Assembly: GCA_977018835.1 (NCBI GenBank)
Contig: OZ361258.1
Location: forward strand, 2,480,001-2,544,000
Direction of reading: 5' to 3'
Length of the DNA: 64,000 nt
Source: Minutocellus sp. GHC0000111
Lineage: Eukaryota
Made by a program: the position numbers and the translations under genes
Shown: in pieces, positions 48,989-61,202 of the stretch
Layout of the letters: each line of letters opens with the position of its first letter
How positions within the stretch are numbered: the first letter of the stretch is position 1
Notes under the pieces: generated by a model
The model's database searches: none
What the model saw: only the letters and a program-made list of their open reading frames with translations
What the model was told of the DNA's origin: nothing

Positions 48989-49483
48989 CTATGCGGACTT
49001 GGAGGCTACGCAGAGCCCGGACAATGCCAATCGGTCCGATCTCATCCGCCGGACGGAGGCCTCGTCGGACGCGCCGAACATGACGGCCCGGTCCCGGGCG
49101 CCCTGGGAGAGGGTGGAGGAAACTCGGGCGATGGCGTCGTGGTCGAGGCTTGTGCGGCCCTCGCTTTCTTGGGCCTCCTGCTCGTCGAGGACGGCGTTGA
49201 TGACGAGTTCCTTGCTGGCCTTGAGCTGTCGGGTGAGGGAGGCGCTGTACATTTGTTCGAGACCACGGGCGCATGGGGAGTTGTCGTCTTGGTCGATGGG
49301 CTTGCTCTCTTGGCCTCCTGCTTGCTGACGCATGGAGAAGATGGTGGCAACGATATTCTGTTGGGATTGTCGCTCTTCTTGCGGTGTGACCCAGACGGCT
49401 TCGCGTTCTTTTTTCGTCATGTCGTCAATGGAGATGACGGTGTGGACCGTTGTGGCCTCGTCGTTGAACAGTACTCTCTTCAT
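48989..49483 (-). CDS. Member of an expanded diatom-type orphan family
   Basis: KRVLF..V..I..DMT..E..AVW, CARGLE, INAVLDEQ, A..RA..G..D pattern typical of this family. Confidence 0.7.
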   Translation of the reverse strand: MKRVLFNDEATTVHTVISIDDMTKKEREAVWVTPQEERQSQQNIVATIFSMRQQAGGQESKPIDQDDNSPCARGLEQMYSASLTRQLKASKELVINAVLDEQEAQESEGRTSLDHDAIARVSSTLSQGARDRAVMFGASDEASVRRMRSDRLALSGLCVASKSA

Positions 49484-50396
49484 GTTGGTGGTGGAAGTTG
49501 GTTTGTGGTTCCTTTTTGGCTTGCGTGAATGGGTTTTGTTTGTGCTTTGAGCAAAGCGAGAGGCGGAAGTGGCAGTCGAATAACGCCGATGCAGGTGCAA
49601 GCGCAACGGCTGGAAAGCATTCGGATTTCGGGTGAGCTGAGCAATGAAGAATGCGCGTCATCATTGTGACAGAAATAACGCTTGCAGACTCAGCAATGAC
49701 TTTCGATTTCGACGTGGCAAGCCTATTTGTCAGAACTACGACTAGCAGGGGCTGTTGGTGGTCGCCAGCTGGCTGTGCTGGCAGCTGGCCACGACAGAAG
49801 GGCCTTATGACCCTTGAATATAATTAGGGGCGCGGTAGAAGTCTGCTGTTAGGCCTGTTAGGCCTCAAGTCTGATTCTGTCAGTTGTGGCCAGGTCGGTC
49901 CACTGACTTCGTCAATTGTGGCCACGCCACCAGCGCAAGGGCTGCTCTAGTGCTGTTTGTTTTGTGTTATGCATGGCATCTGCTGCTGGTGGCTACTTCT
50001 GCATACATGCGGAGGGTCGCGAGGGCGGTCGCGGCCGGGCAGTCCTTGAGCCGGACATCATGCATGCAGTGCATGCATGTTTGATTAGAGTTGAGATCTC
50101 CTAAGCAGTTACGTTTCGGCATGGCACAGTATCGGCGCCAGCTCAAGCGGCCATGAATTTACCTACTAGTAAGCCAAATAGGAATCCTACATGCAAGGAA
50201 TGATTTCTTTATATTTCATGAAACCTGCCTGTACGAACATACGATTTCAACGTGAAGCGAAGGTGCGATGCGTCATGACTACAATGAAGAATCTACAGTA
50301 TCTATTCCTCAGACCGCGATGCGAGCGAGCGAGCTTGAGCTGACTTACCACTGCACCCATTGCTTGGTATAGCAATGCACTTGACTTCGCACAAAT

Positions 50397-51461
50397 ATGA
50401 ACGCGAAGACAACATTAAGTCCGACAAAGTCGCTTGCAAGAGGAAGTTACGACGAGCGGGGGAAGATCTCGTGTTGTGAGGAGACAGATGTAGAAGATGC
50501 AGAGGTGAATGCACCAGGTGCACTCCACCAAACACAAAACGACATCGACCTTGAGAACCCAAAAGATATCGTTACTTCTACTCCCGTTGCGCCACCAAAG
50601 AAAAAGGTTCAATTTGCAGAAGAAGAACTACATGCACTGGAACAGCATTTTGCTCCCTCCAGCGAACCGCGCTCATCTGCGTGGCAACCCCCGCCAAGAA
50701 CGCCCATGCCCAAGAACAAGACCAAGATGGACGGCAGGGAATGGCGTAAGCGACAACAGATTAAGCGTCGAGTGGAACGGAGGAGGGAGAGTTACAACTC
50801 GGAACCGTTGTTGAAGCGAATCGCGAAGCTGAGCAGAGCACTTCTCGCGTGTGTCCCCTACTATGTTGACGATGTTACGAAAGTGGAAGACCCTACCGCC
50901 ATTGGATCTCTTCGTAGTATCATGTTTGTCCAGCTGGGATTTTCCTTGGTGCTGCTGGCTCTTGCCATTTTGGACTCAACGACGGCAGTGTCGCCATCTA
51001 GTAGCAGTATGGCCGCGACTGCACATGCAATCATCGATCCACTTTTCGTCACACTGTCGTTCGCCATTGTTGGGCCAATATATCTTCTTGCGAGGAAGTG
51101 GGACAATGCTCCACCAAGCAAGGTAACGCGAGGCCTGATCTTCCTGTCGCATCTTCTTCTTGCCGCAAACTACGCCGTCGCGTTTGCCATGGCTCGTTTT
51201 TGTCCCCGACATGATCCCTTTGGATACGGATCGGGGTGTCGTCAATTTCAAGTTGAAGATGGTGATGTAGGTATCGATGATGTCACGGATAATCTCTTTG
51301 TGAACGGCGGTGGCGATACTGCTACTGTGCGTCGTCCTTACAGCATAGAAGATTGCATACTATATGGAGCAACGTCGGCCTGTTGGTTGATCCTGTCGTG
51401 CCCAGTCTATGTGTGCATTTCGCGAGTGAGGGCGACGGTTTTGGGAAACTCGATCGACTGA
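50397..51461 (+). CDS. Hypothetical membrane protein (~4 TM)
   Basis: 354-aa ORF with a hydrophilic N-terminus and four hydrophobic segments. Confidence 0.55.
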   Translation: MNAKTTLSPTKSLARGSYDERGKISCCEETDVEDAEVNAPGALHQTQNDIDLENPKDIVTSTPVAPPKKKVQFAEEELHALEQHFAPSSEPRSSAWQPPPRTPMPKNKTKMDGREWRKRQQIKRRVERRRESYNSEPLLKRIAKLSRALLACVPYYVDDVTKVEDPTAIGSLRSIMFVQLGFSLVLLALAILDSTTAVSPSSSSMAATAHAIIDPLFVTLSFAIVGPIYLLARKWDNAPPSKVTRGLIFLSHLLLAANYAVAFAMARFCPRHDPFGYGSGCRQFQVEDGDVGIDDVTDNLFVNGGGDTATVRRPYSIEDCILYGATSACWLILSCPVYVCISRVRATVLGNSID

Positions 51462-51630
51462 CAAAGATGGAGAAGGCAAGCCGGGCAGCTCAAAAGCAGT
51501 TGAGACGATTTAGCGTCTGAGTTTACTACGTAGTAGTTATTTTAGCTTGTCTTTTCTATATCTTGTTGTTTATTGATAATGTAGCCTTGTTTGAACCGTC
51601 TTAAAATTGCGTGCGGTAGTGTTACCGGGC

Positions 51631-52746
51631 TCAGCAAGCGCATCCCTCGCAGCCATATTCCTTCTTCTTGCAGCAACTCCATTCGCCGTTCGAGCAGGCC
51701 ACGTCGTCCGTGTCCAAAATGAAGCGCATCTGTTCGCAGACGTCACGAAGTCGCTTGGCCTTTTCTCCTCGCAGATTGGCCTTGAGCTCTTCGTCCAGGG
51801 CCAAAAAGTCCTGCGAATCGCGATCCATTATCCATTCACCCTTGTGCGCACTGGCAGTTGGCAATGGTGAGGCTGACGAAGCTGAAGCCGGTGCCGGCGT
51901 GGGTGCTGAGGCCGTTGTCTGCTTCAACGCTTCGGCAGCTTTGTTTGCCACCTCCTTCTCGAGGGATCGGGTCTTGGCCCTGGATGCCTCCAACGCGCGA
52001 CGAAGCTGCGCTACCTCGACATCTCGTTGCCGAATGTGCCGTCGGAGTGATTCTGTTTCATTTGCGTTACCAGCAGTCGCACCACCACCACTACTTTGCT
52101 CTACTAGCACCTCCTGCTGCTGATGCTTCTGAGTATGTTCGGCCAACCGCTCCTCCTCCGCGACCAGCACCCATCCCTTTCCGTATCGCAATATGCCCAA
52201 CAGCGAGGACCAGAATATCGGCTCCTTCAACCGGGCGGGGACGAGACGGAAGCGCAAATGCCGGACGTGGTCCGAGGCCGACAGGATGCGCATGGCCACC
52301 TTGACGTCGGTGGCATAATGCCCATCGTCGGCGTAGAATCCCTGGGAGGTGGCACCCGCTGTGGCAGCAGCGGCAGCAGCGGACGGTTCGGTGGCGGCGG
52401 CAGCGGGGGATGGGGGTGTCGGAAGGTGTCCCCTCCGAATGGCCCGTGAGGCCGCGATTAAATCCTCCCTGCTGATTTCCAGCTCATCGACCAAATCCTT
52501 GAGCTCGGTGGACGACAACTCCTCCAGGTTGGCGGGTTCGACCGCTGCTACCACATGGCATTGCCCGTCAACGTCACCAGCCGACGCATCCTGTGCCACC
52601 ACACCTGCTTGCTTGCCGCTCATTACCGACGAGCTCTCGGATTCGTATCCCTCCTCCTCGTCGGAGTATTCGTCCGAGGAATAATACGAGCCATCTCCCT
52701 CCTCGTCGGAATAGTTGTCGTCGTATGCTGAGGCGGACTGGCCCAT
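51631..52746 (-). CDS. BSD-domain protein with coiled coil and C-terminal Cys cluster
   Basis: LRFRLVPARLKEPIFW (BSD-like); MGQSAS possible myristoylation start; WSCC..GCEGCAC end. Confidence 0.65.
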   Translation of the reverse strand: MGQSASAYDDNYSDEEGDGSYYSSDEYSDEEEGYESESSSVMSGKQAGVVAQDASAGDVDGQCHVVAAVEPANLEELSSTELKDLVDELEISREDLIAASRAIRRGHLPTPPSPAAAATEPSAAAAAATAGATSQGFYADDGHYATDVKVAMRILSASDHVRHLRFRLVPARLKEPIFWSSLLGILRYGKGWVLVAEEERLAEHTQKHQQQEVLVEQSSGGGATAGNANETESLRRHIRQRDVEVAQLRRALEASRAKTRSLEKEVANKAAEALKQTTASAPTPAPASASSASPLPTASAHKGEWIMDRDSQDFLALDEELKANLRGEKAKRLRDVCEQMRFILDTDDVACSNGEWSCCKKKEYGCEGCAC

Positions 52747-53126
52747 GGTATTGTATGGTTCCGTCGTTACGTTGTTTATGCTGTTATCGATACTACTACG
52801 TACGTATGTATCGTTGTCTTCGGGCAATGCGCTGTTGCTGCGTTTGTTTTATTTTTCGTGTTGGAAGTTGGAAGCGGTATCTTTACGTTTCTGTTACGTC
52901 ATGATACCATCATCTCCGCGGGTCATGTAGCTACCGGCACATGTACTTTTGGATTGGTCGGTATGTGCCACAATAATGGCCGAACCCCCTCGCCCATGAG
53001 GGCCAGTTCTCAGCTCTAACTATCTACTTGCTAGCTAGCTACTTCTAGCTAGTAGTACGCCGATCGTAATCGCTTTGTAGTGACAACGGTCACAACCGAA
53101 GTGGCCAGATTCGCGTCGCTTTGGCG

Positions 53127-54248
53127 ATGCCGATCAACACCATTCTTCTTGTCCGGCTGGGCGTCGCTGCATCGCTCGTCGTTCTCGCTAGAATTTGTAC
53201 GCTCGTCGAAATTGGATTGCGACGAACATCGGGGAGCGATGCTGGAATTTCGGCAGCAGCGACGAGCTCGTCGTGGGGCATGCCAGCGACGTGGTATTGT
53301 CCGCAAACGACATGGACGGCACCATCCGACTGCCCTGAATCGATGCTCGCGAATCGAACGTCTCCCTACTTTACAGAATCGACAGCAATGCCGCCAGCTC
53401 ACATGTATGTGAACGATGCATCCTTTGCGATAGCCATGATTGCTCTGGGAGACTTGATGGCAAACACAACCATCATCGAACGGAGTGTCCAATCCATCCG
53501 CCGACGGGGATTGTACTGCGGCCCAATACTGATACTAAGCGACCATACCGATTCCACGCACTTTGAGGAATTGACACGTACCGATCCCAATGTTCACCCG
53601 ATAGCTGTGGAAAGTAGAGAAGGCAAGATGCCAACCAAGCGGTACAAGACGGAATTGTTGGATATCTTGGATGCCGACGAACGATACGATGGTATTACCC
53701 ACCTTTTATATGTTGACGTCGATATACTCTTTGGAGAACCACTGGCGCCATTCGTTGGATATGTTCAGGGGATGACGACCTTGATGTCGCAACCTTCTCG
53801 AGCAGATCAGGTACAATCTTATATGCTAATGTTTGAAGAGCAAGGATTTGGTCCAGAAAGACCCAGAGCTCTCAAGGAGGGGAACACAGTGTTTCGTGGG
53901 GGAGTTATGGTGGTCCATCGGCAACGCTCACGTGATTGTCTTGCGGTGTGGCAGATGCTCTTTGATGACAGTGAACGGTTCCCGAATCGTGATCAGGCCG
54001 CGTTGTATTATATGCTCTATGATAACGAAGAGCTCAAGCAGAGATGTACTGTTGTGCAATTAGATCACCGACCGTTCCTTCTCATGCCAACGAAGCATAT
54101 CATGCAGGCTGGAGATTCTAGTGTCTTTGTGCACGTGACAAATGGACGGAGAAGCAAACAGATTGATGACCAGCTTCAAGCAGATTACTATCGGTGCGTT
54201 ATGATGGTAGATGAGAAGTATGCAGTGAAGAGTCGCTTTACAAAATGA
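53127..54248 (+). CDS. Type II membrane GT-A glycosyltransferase-like protein
   Basis: N-terminal TM; KRYKT.L, LLYVDVDILF (DxD), GGVMV, RDQAAL, FVHVT. Confidence 0.65.
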   Translation: MPINTILLVRLGVAASLVVLARICTLVEIGLRRTSGSDAGISAAATSSSWGMPATWYCPQTTWTAPSDCPESMLANRTSPYFTESTAMPPAHMYVNDASFAIAMIALGDLMANTTIIERSVQSIRRRGLYCGPILILSDHTDSTHFEELTRTDPNVHPIAVESREGKMPTKRYKTELLDILDADERYDGITHLLYVDVDILFGEPLAPFVGYVQGMTTLMSQPSRADQVQSYMLMFEEQGFGPERPRALKEGNTVFRGGVMVVHRQRSRDCLAVWQMLFDDSERFPNRDQAALYYMLYDNEELKQRCTVVQLDHRPFLLMPTKHIMQAGDSSVFVHVTNGRRSKQIDDQLQADYYRCVMMVDEKYAVKSRFTK

Positions 54249-54539
54249 CATCCTCTAGATAGATGAACACAAATAAATGTATAATTAGATATTTGAAATC
54301 AAAACTGCAGAAGCGTAAGCACAGCGTCCCTCTTTGCCCATTCAAATGTCACCATCTTCAGTGAGAGCACTGGTTTGGCAATGACGATAACGAGAAGTGT
54401 CTTTGCATTCGTTCTCGTCTGAGCATACAACATTAGTTCCTTTTTCGTCATCGGCTTGTTGGTCCTCTTGTTTCTCTTCTTCGCCGTGTGGGTCAAGTTG
54501 ATTCAAATCTGCATCCGAAAATAAGCGAGACAGAATGTA

Positions 54540-55491
54540 GGAACGGAAGGGGACACCTTCACCGCCTCCTCGAATGGTAACCTCCGTCCGACCAAGAAGG
54601 CTCGAACAACCACCGCCACCGCCCTGCCGGCACAGCCTCGCCTCCCTGCGGATGTAATGGGAGGCATCTTCGACTTTATGCCCTATGATGATGTCCGATC
54701 AGCTCTGTTAATCGGCCGTTTTGTCGCCCGAGAGGTTGCTCGACACGTGCAGACGCTCAACATAACGGCTGGAATGCAGTTGAACGTTCGTGGTCGTGCA
54801 TCAGTGCGATTTCCCAACGTTGAGAACATCAATGCTGTTTGTCTATTGACAAGGTTACCTGGTCACCACAGTGATTTAGGAGGCGGTCGGTACGCCATTT
54901 CTTCGGATGTGGCAACGCGGCTCCCACACTTCCTTGTAACGTTTCCCAAACTCCGAGATGTTTTTGTTGGAGGTATTAACGGACGTTCGTGGAACACATA
55001 TAATTCCTTGACATGCGTCAAGCCTTCGAATCACAAAGATATTTTCCGTGGTCTTTTCGATTCATGTTTTGGTGCATTTAAAGCTGGTGCATTTCCAGAT
55101 TCACTTGAATCATTGATGGGAATCTCCGATAGGATTCGCTTGGCTCGGGGTTCGTGTGCTGATAAGGATGACGAAGAGGCCGAAGACCCTGGAAATCCCT
55201 GCACACGATGCCGCGAGTTCTGTAAATATTTTCCGATCAAAGATGCAGTGCGACATTATTTTGACGACAGTCTATGTCTGTCTATTACAGAAACCTACCA
55301 GATTCTTCGAGCTCGCGAGGGTTACCAAGATGCCATTGATGAAAATAATAGCGACAGGTGGGTTAGTGAGATCTCTAAGTGTGAATGGTTTTATGTACCG
55401 GTAGCGCGGAACGAAGAGTTTTACGAAAGAATGGATAAGCTTGAGGCATGGCCTGCCGTTAAGGATGATCCAACTGTGGCGGTAATTGATG
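54540..55491 (+). pseudogene. 5' part of a split F-box-like gene (3' part at 63431-63664)
   Basis: PRLPADVMGGIFDFMPYDDVR F-box-like, RFPNV, CTRCREFCKYFP; lacks the family C-terminus seen in 4697-5521; no in-frame ATG upstream of the F-box (ATG-TAG at 54535). Confidence 0.65.
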
Positions 55492-58400
55492 GTTTTTAAT
55501 CCCTCGACGTCTCGACAGATGCGCCATAGGCCCTCGGCCAAGTGCTTGTCCAGACTTAGATTCGGCGATAACGAATACAAACCGCCGAAGGGAGGGTAAA
55601 GCACCTTGAGAGCTCCGAGCACCTTATTCGATACGTCTTCACGATGGACATTCCACGTGCATATCCTCAGAAGGCCCGTGGCGCACTTTTCTAATCCGGG
55701 GATCATCAAAATCGAAAGAAGCTGTTCCTCCTGCGAAGTTGGCATAGAGGTCTCACTCTTGGAGTGGCTTAGCTGTTTCCGCTGCTTCTTTCCAAGACAG
55801 TCCTTGTAATGCTGCGAAAGTACGTTGTCCCAGAGCAATCCGATGCGATCGCGATTCTTGAGGGCGACCTCACAGAGCAGAACTTCGGCAAGAGCCTCAG
55901 AAGCAGGGCTGAGAGGAGAAAACGATGCGGGAAGAGAGGGGTCGCCAGGAGCAGATGGTCTACTTGGATGACCCCTGATGCCTGCACTCACTGGGCTTGC
56001 TGCAGCGGACGCTACGCCGCCGCCACTGGTTTCGGGTACTGAGGCAGAGACAGTATCACCGCCTTCATCGTCGGAACCGGTGCCGATGTTGCTATTGCTG
56101 CTGCTCTTCAAGATGTCCACCAGTGCCATCATCAAATCCTGGACACTCTCAACGTCCAGAAATCTACTCTCGCTCACCAGACTGGCAAAATCGCACACAC
56201 GAGCCAGACGCTTTCGTGCGCGAGCTCGAGGCGATAGCTGGTACGCTCGAGTATCATCATATGTTTCGAGGCCTGTAATGGGAGTCTCGGGGTGGTAGAC
56301 AAGCTGGTCTTCGTGGATAAGTTGGCTTTCAAAGGCAGCGCCAGGTGACTGGACTTGGCGAAAGGATCTGCTATCCACACCATCGTCGTAGTAATCACCT
56401 CCCGCGGAGACCGAGCTCTCATCATCGTCACCATCGTCGAGATTGTCGTCCTCGTCGTCACTTGCAGCAAGCTCGTCCCACAACACCTGTTCTTCCTTCC
56501 CATGCACCGTTCGCAAGACAGTTGGGCCTTTGCCATCGGCCGATGCAGTATTGGGTGTAGGCTCTGGAGCAGGCGAATCCGCTGATCCAAAAAGAAGTGT
56601 TCCGAAGAACGACCGCTTCGTCTTGGCTGCGCTGCGACCACTGATGTCCAAACCAGCAGCGTGCATTGCTTCTTTCATCAGTCTCAAGGACCACTCACGA
56701 CGACAGTTAGGGCTCAAAAGATCTTGATCACTCTCAACAAGCAAACCCTTCATTTTGTTCCGTTTGCCACCGATGAGCAACTTGAGGTCGCGAAGCTCGA
56801 AGATCATGGACCAGACGGCCCTCCAACCCTCGAAGCCGATCCAATCTCCGGAATCACGGGCGGTATTGATGGCGACAATCAATGCCGACTGCCTTTGCAC
56901 TGAATGAACGAATTCGGCAGTTCGAGCGACTGCATCGAAGCGGTATTCTCCGATAAGGCCCGTGTAATTGCAAATGACGACAAATATGTCCTGGAAGACG
57001 TCTTTTTGGCCGCGAGCACGAGCACCTTCAAGCAGCGTTAGAGACATATCCATGCCCAATCGAGCGCCTTGAGCGCCATCCATTCCGCCAGCACTTTGAT
57101 AGGCCTCATCGACACCAGTACGCTGCGTAACAACGGCCCAGAACGCGCCCGTAGCGGACAGAGTCGGGAGCCAAATACTCTCGAGAACGAGATCCTTGAC
57201 CTCCCCCCTTTCTTTTGGCGATAGTTGGGACGTTACCGAAGTTTTGTCACTTGATGAAGAGGCCCCGGCTCGGAGAACATCCTTCCACCTTTCAACAGTC
57301 ATAACGCCTGCAGCACCCTCTCCCTCAGTTCGAATTTGTTCTTCCTTCAAACTTCTGTAGATGCCTTCTAGATATTCGCGAGGCAGAGCGTGGCCCCCTT
57401 CCGTGATGTCTCGGCCATAGTCGGTGTTGTTTCTGACGAAATCATCGACCGTCATCTTTCTATCGGCGCGAATGTTGGCATTGTGAAGGTCGGTGTTGAG
57501 CATAATCATACTGAATGAAAGCAGGTAGGCAGCATCGGCAGATTTCTTGGCGTCGGCGCTGAAGAGACTCAGCCTTCCACCGTGACGTTCTTCGCAATGT
57601 GACGCACATTCCTCTGCGAACGACTGAAGGATACGGTCAATCATTTGCGCCTCGCCTGGCAAACGGAACGCCGCGAGGAACATGCGCAACCCATCCAAGA
57701 TGGTCGCATTAGCAAAGTGAAACAGCGATACATATTCCACAAGGACCTCCTTGTGAAACAAGTCGCGATCCCAAACCGGCGGAGATTTCAGTGGTTGAGC
57801 ACCCTTTCCTTTGGTTCCGAGATATTCTCCTACCGCCTTTTTATCTAATCCAACAACAATGCCGTTGCGGAGGAACGATGCAACTGAATGTGGGGTGACA
57901 GGAGAGGCAATCATTCCAACATCCACAAGGTATTGAATGCCTTTGGACGACTTCTTGTTGAACAGATGAGCTGCCTCCCTCAAATGATTCTTATGAACCT
58001 TAATCTGACGCAGGGTCTTTGGTGATTGACTTAGCGTGTTGGACTCACGAACTGGAGATTCCTTAGACAAGTCCTCCGGAGGAGCTTCTTCTTCCTCCTT
58101 CTCTTCTTCGGCGGCATCGGCCATTTTGCTCTGAGTAGTGGAATCTTCGTCCTTGGATTTTGTGTTACCATTATCTCGAAACAGACATTTCATGGCTCCA
58201 ACCAAAGCCTCGGCACACATTTCTCGAAGATGAGCTGGAACATTGCGAAGATTGTTTGCAGTCACCTCTGAGAAGTCATCCTCCGAGTTGACTCCAAGCA
58301 TCGATGGAGTTGTCGATCCATCGCCAGTACCTCTATTCCGTCTGCTGATAGCAGTACTTACAAAGCCAGCCAAGCCCTCAGGAGTTTCGTTGACACCGCC

Positions 58401-60671
58401 AAAATTAGCGCCACAGCATTTGCAAAGCTCAACGACAAGGCCCATAGCGACATCACTCTGGCTTGGATGGCAATCGTAATTGAGATACAACGCCTCAAGG
58501 CTGCCACTTCCATCTTTCCCACCATCGTATAGGCTAACAATATCGACCAATGACTCCAAGATGATCTCCACCTCGGAGTCGAAGATAGAGTTGGCCTCAA
58601 AGACATAAGAATCCTCTGGAACGGGGAGCTTGCGCAACAAGCTCAACGCTCGAGTGTAGAATCCAGTGAAGATGGCACCGAATTGAGGCAGTAGGGCCGT
58701 TCGGAGCGAGCTGGTATGCCATAGCGTGCCAAAGATGGAACAAATTTCACTCAGCACTTCAAGCGAAATGATGCCTGGTGTGGCCGACGCTGGACTGGCG
58801 GCCGCAGCAGCAGCGCCAGCTCCCGCGGCGGCGGCATTCTGATACGCCCAAATGGACTGGCCGGTCATCAAAAGGGACAGACAAAGGTCATCTCGAATGA
58901 TGGAAAGTAGAGCATCATTTTCGTCGATGCCACCATCGCCGCCCCCGCTGCAACCAGCATCATCATCATCGCCGACGTTCCAGTCCAAATGTTCCACGTC
59001 GCCCCATCCAACGCGAAGGCAAATGCGAACCAACTTGAGGCAAAGGAGGCGAGTAGCATCGTGAGCGGCCTGGGCCTCCGGACCGCCTCCACCGGCTGTC
59101 TTGCTCAATACGGGGTTGTGAATGAGCTGGCTGACGAGGAATTCCAAAATAAGACGGGAGGAAGACCACCGATGGCCGTGGCTACCTCGTTGCTGCTGCT
59201 GATGATGTTGACGCCCGCTCTGGCCAAAGGCGGCCTCGACCATGCCCACCAATACCTCTTCAAAGTGATAGCAAAGGGCTGGACTGTGGACGAAGGTATT
59301 CCTCGTCACAAAGACGGTGTTGAAGGCCTCCATCATGGTCTCGGGACGGATGCTGTTGCTGCTCGATCCAGCACTGTTCTCCACATCCAACGAAACGATG
59401 AGACTGAGAAGATCAGCGATGGCCATCTCCACGGCCTCATCGGCCCCGGCATCGGTCTGCTCGAACTTGCAGTTGAGGACGGCACGGGTGAGAGGTTCGA
59501 GGTGGGTGGTAAATGCGGCCTTGGCGGCTCTGCGGCTACCACCACTCCGGTGACTGGCGTGGGAGGCAATGCTGTTGTTGCTGCCAATGCTGCTACTGCT
59601 GCCACCCCCATGCGCAGCCTTGATACCGCCGATACCAAACGATCCATTGGGCAGCACGACCAAACTCCTGCGCTGGAGCAACCGATGCAGCGCCCGGAGT
59701 GCCACCAGAGTGTGTGGACCGGCCGCCCGGGGGTCGGTAATGACACTGAGAAAGGGAGTGGCGTACGGCCCAGCATCGTCGGGCAGGGCCATCATCTGTT
59801 GCTGGATGTGGAGTTGTTGGAGCTGGGCCTGACTTAGAGACGTCGAGGTGGCATCGACAGACGACGAGGACGTTCCTGGTAGTGGAGGGCCGCCTTCCAC
59901 CGCGGCTGCTGCTGTGGCAACCTGATCGGATCGATACACACCATGAGGAGAGGCCGGGGGTAGCTGAGCATGAGACTGCTCAGCATTCGTACCCTCCTCG
60001 GCCGCAGCAGCTGCTTCCCGAGGCGGAGTGCTAGCTTCAGCCTCGCCGGCCGCACCCGACGTCAAATCACCCGTGGTGGCCGTAGCGGACGTGGCCACAT
60101 CCTCATCCTCGCTGTTGGCACCCTCGGCGTGACTGACAACCACCAAACGATCCGACTCATTCACAGGCGGCGGAGGCGGAGGTGGGGGAACTCCATGCGG
60201 CGCCGGTGGGGGCGGAGGCGGCGGGGGAGGAGGGCTGGCAGCAGATGCGCTTTGTTGTTGTTGCTGCTGCTGGTCCTCCTCGCCGATAGTTGATGGAACC
60301 GGCGGTGGCGGAGGAGGAGGTGGCGGAGGCGGCAGATCGCTGCCACCCGCTAAAGCAGCAGCAGCAGGCGTCTCCCGAATGTGCATGGCCGCCATCGCCT
60401 CGGCCGACGTCAGGTTCGTCGCCGATTGCTGCGCGGCAGCGTCCTCATTTCTTCCACCACCTTCACCGCCACCATTACCAGCATTCGCATTCGACAGGCC
60501 ACCGTCCAAATACTTCCCCCTCACCAATCCCCGCAGACTTTCCAAATCACGGGCCAGCTTGCCCCAGGCGACGGGGGGCGGTCCACCCCGCAACGACGAC
60601 AGGACGTATCTGCATTCCGTGCAAATGTGCCGAGCCGCCTCGAGGGAAGTTGGATTGGGCTGTGGGGTCAT
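55485..60671 (-). CDS. Sec7-domain ARF guanine nucleotide exchange factor (GBF1/GNOM-like), apparently 3'-truncated
   Basis: LNCKFEQTD (DCB), LYLNYDC (HUS box), GLDKKAVGEYLG, FRLPGEAQMIDRI, FSMIMLNTDLHN, LKNRDRI. ORF runs on to 55272 antisense to the F-box gene. Confidence 0.9.
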
Positions 60672-61202
60672 ACTGCTGACTTATGCTGTTCGGGAAGGAT
60701 CAAATATGTGCAACCCAATCTATCAAGTAAGTAACGACTAATTGATCCCTGAGTGGGTTTTGGCCCTTTTGGATCGATTTGCTGTGATGGGTTTTGGTTC
60801 GTTGGGGTCGGCTCGGTGGGAACCTGAACGATGCAACACAAGATGTGCCGGCCCAACTTGCGCCAGATAGCAGTGGACCGCTATGTAATACCATGGACGA
60901 GCGAGGCCGATGGTATCCGTTAGCTACTAGCTACGTAGGCGGAACGAGAAGGCGGCCATGTATCTTGCACTGGTCTTGTTATGTGACCGACCGTCATTGC
61001 TACGAGGTCCGGGACAGCAATTTCGGGGACCCGGTTTTTTGGGTCTTTGGACTTTCCGACACGGCGGTTTGCGCGCACCTTGAAAAACACGCGGCAAAGC
61101 AAGCAAATCAAAACACATCCGTCAACAACCGACCTCCAAGCAATTACCACAAATAGACTGGGCAACTTCTGCCGACTGGCGCTTCAAGAAGCTTCCATAC
61201 TC

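Noticed and set aside
54299..54510. Short minus-strand coding-like stretch
   Set aside because: No recognisable motif or start; may be a 3' gene remnant but cannot be supported.
55272..55499. Genuine 228-nt convergent coding overlap between the ARF-GEF and the F-box-like gene
   Set aside because: Better explained as run-on of truncated frames across a junction near 55490.
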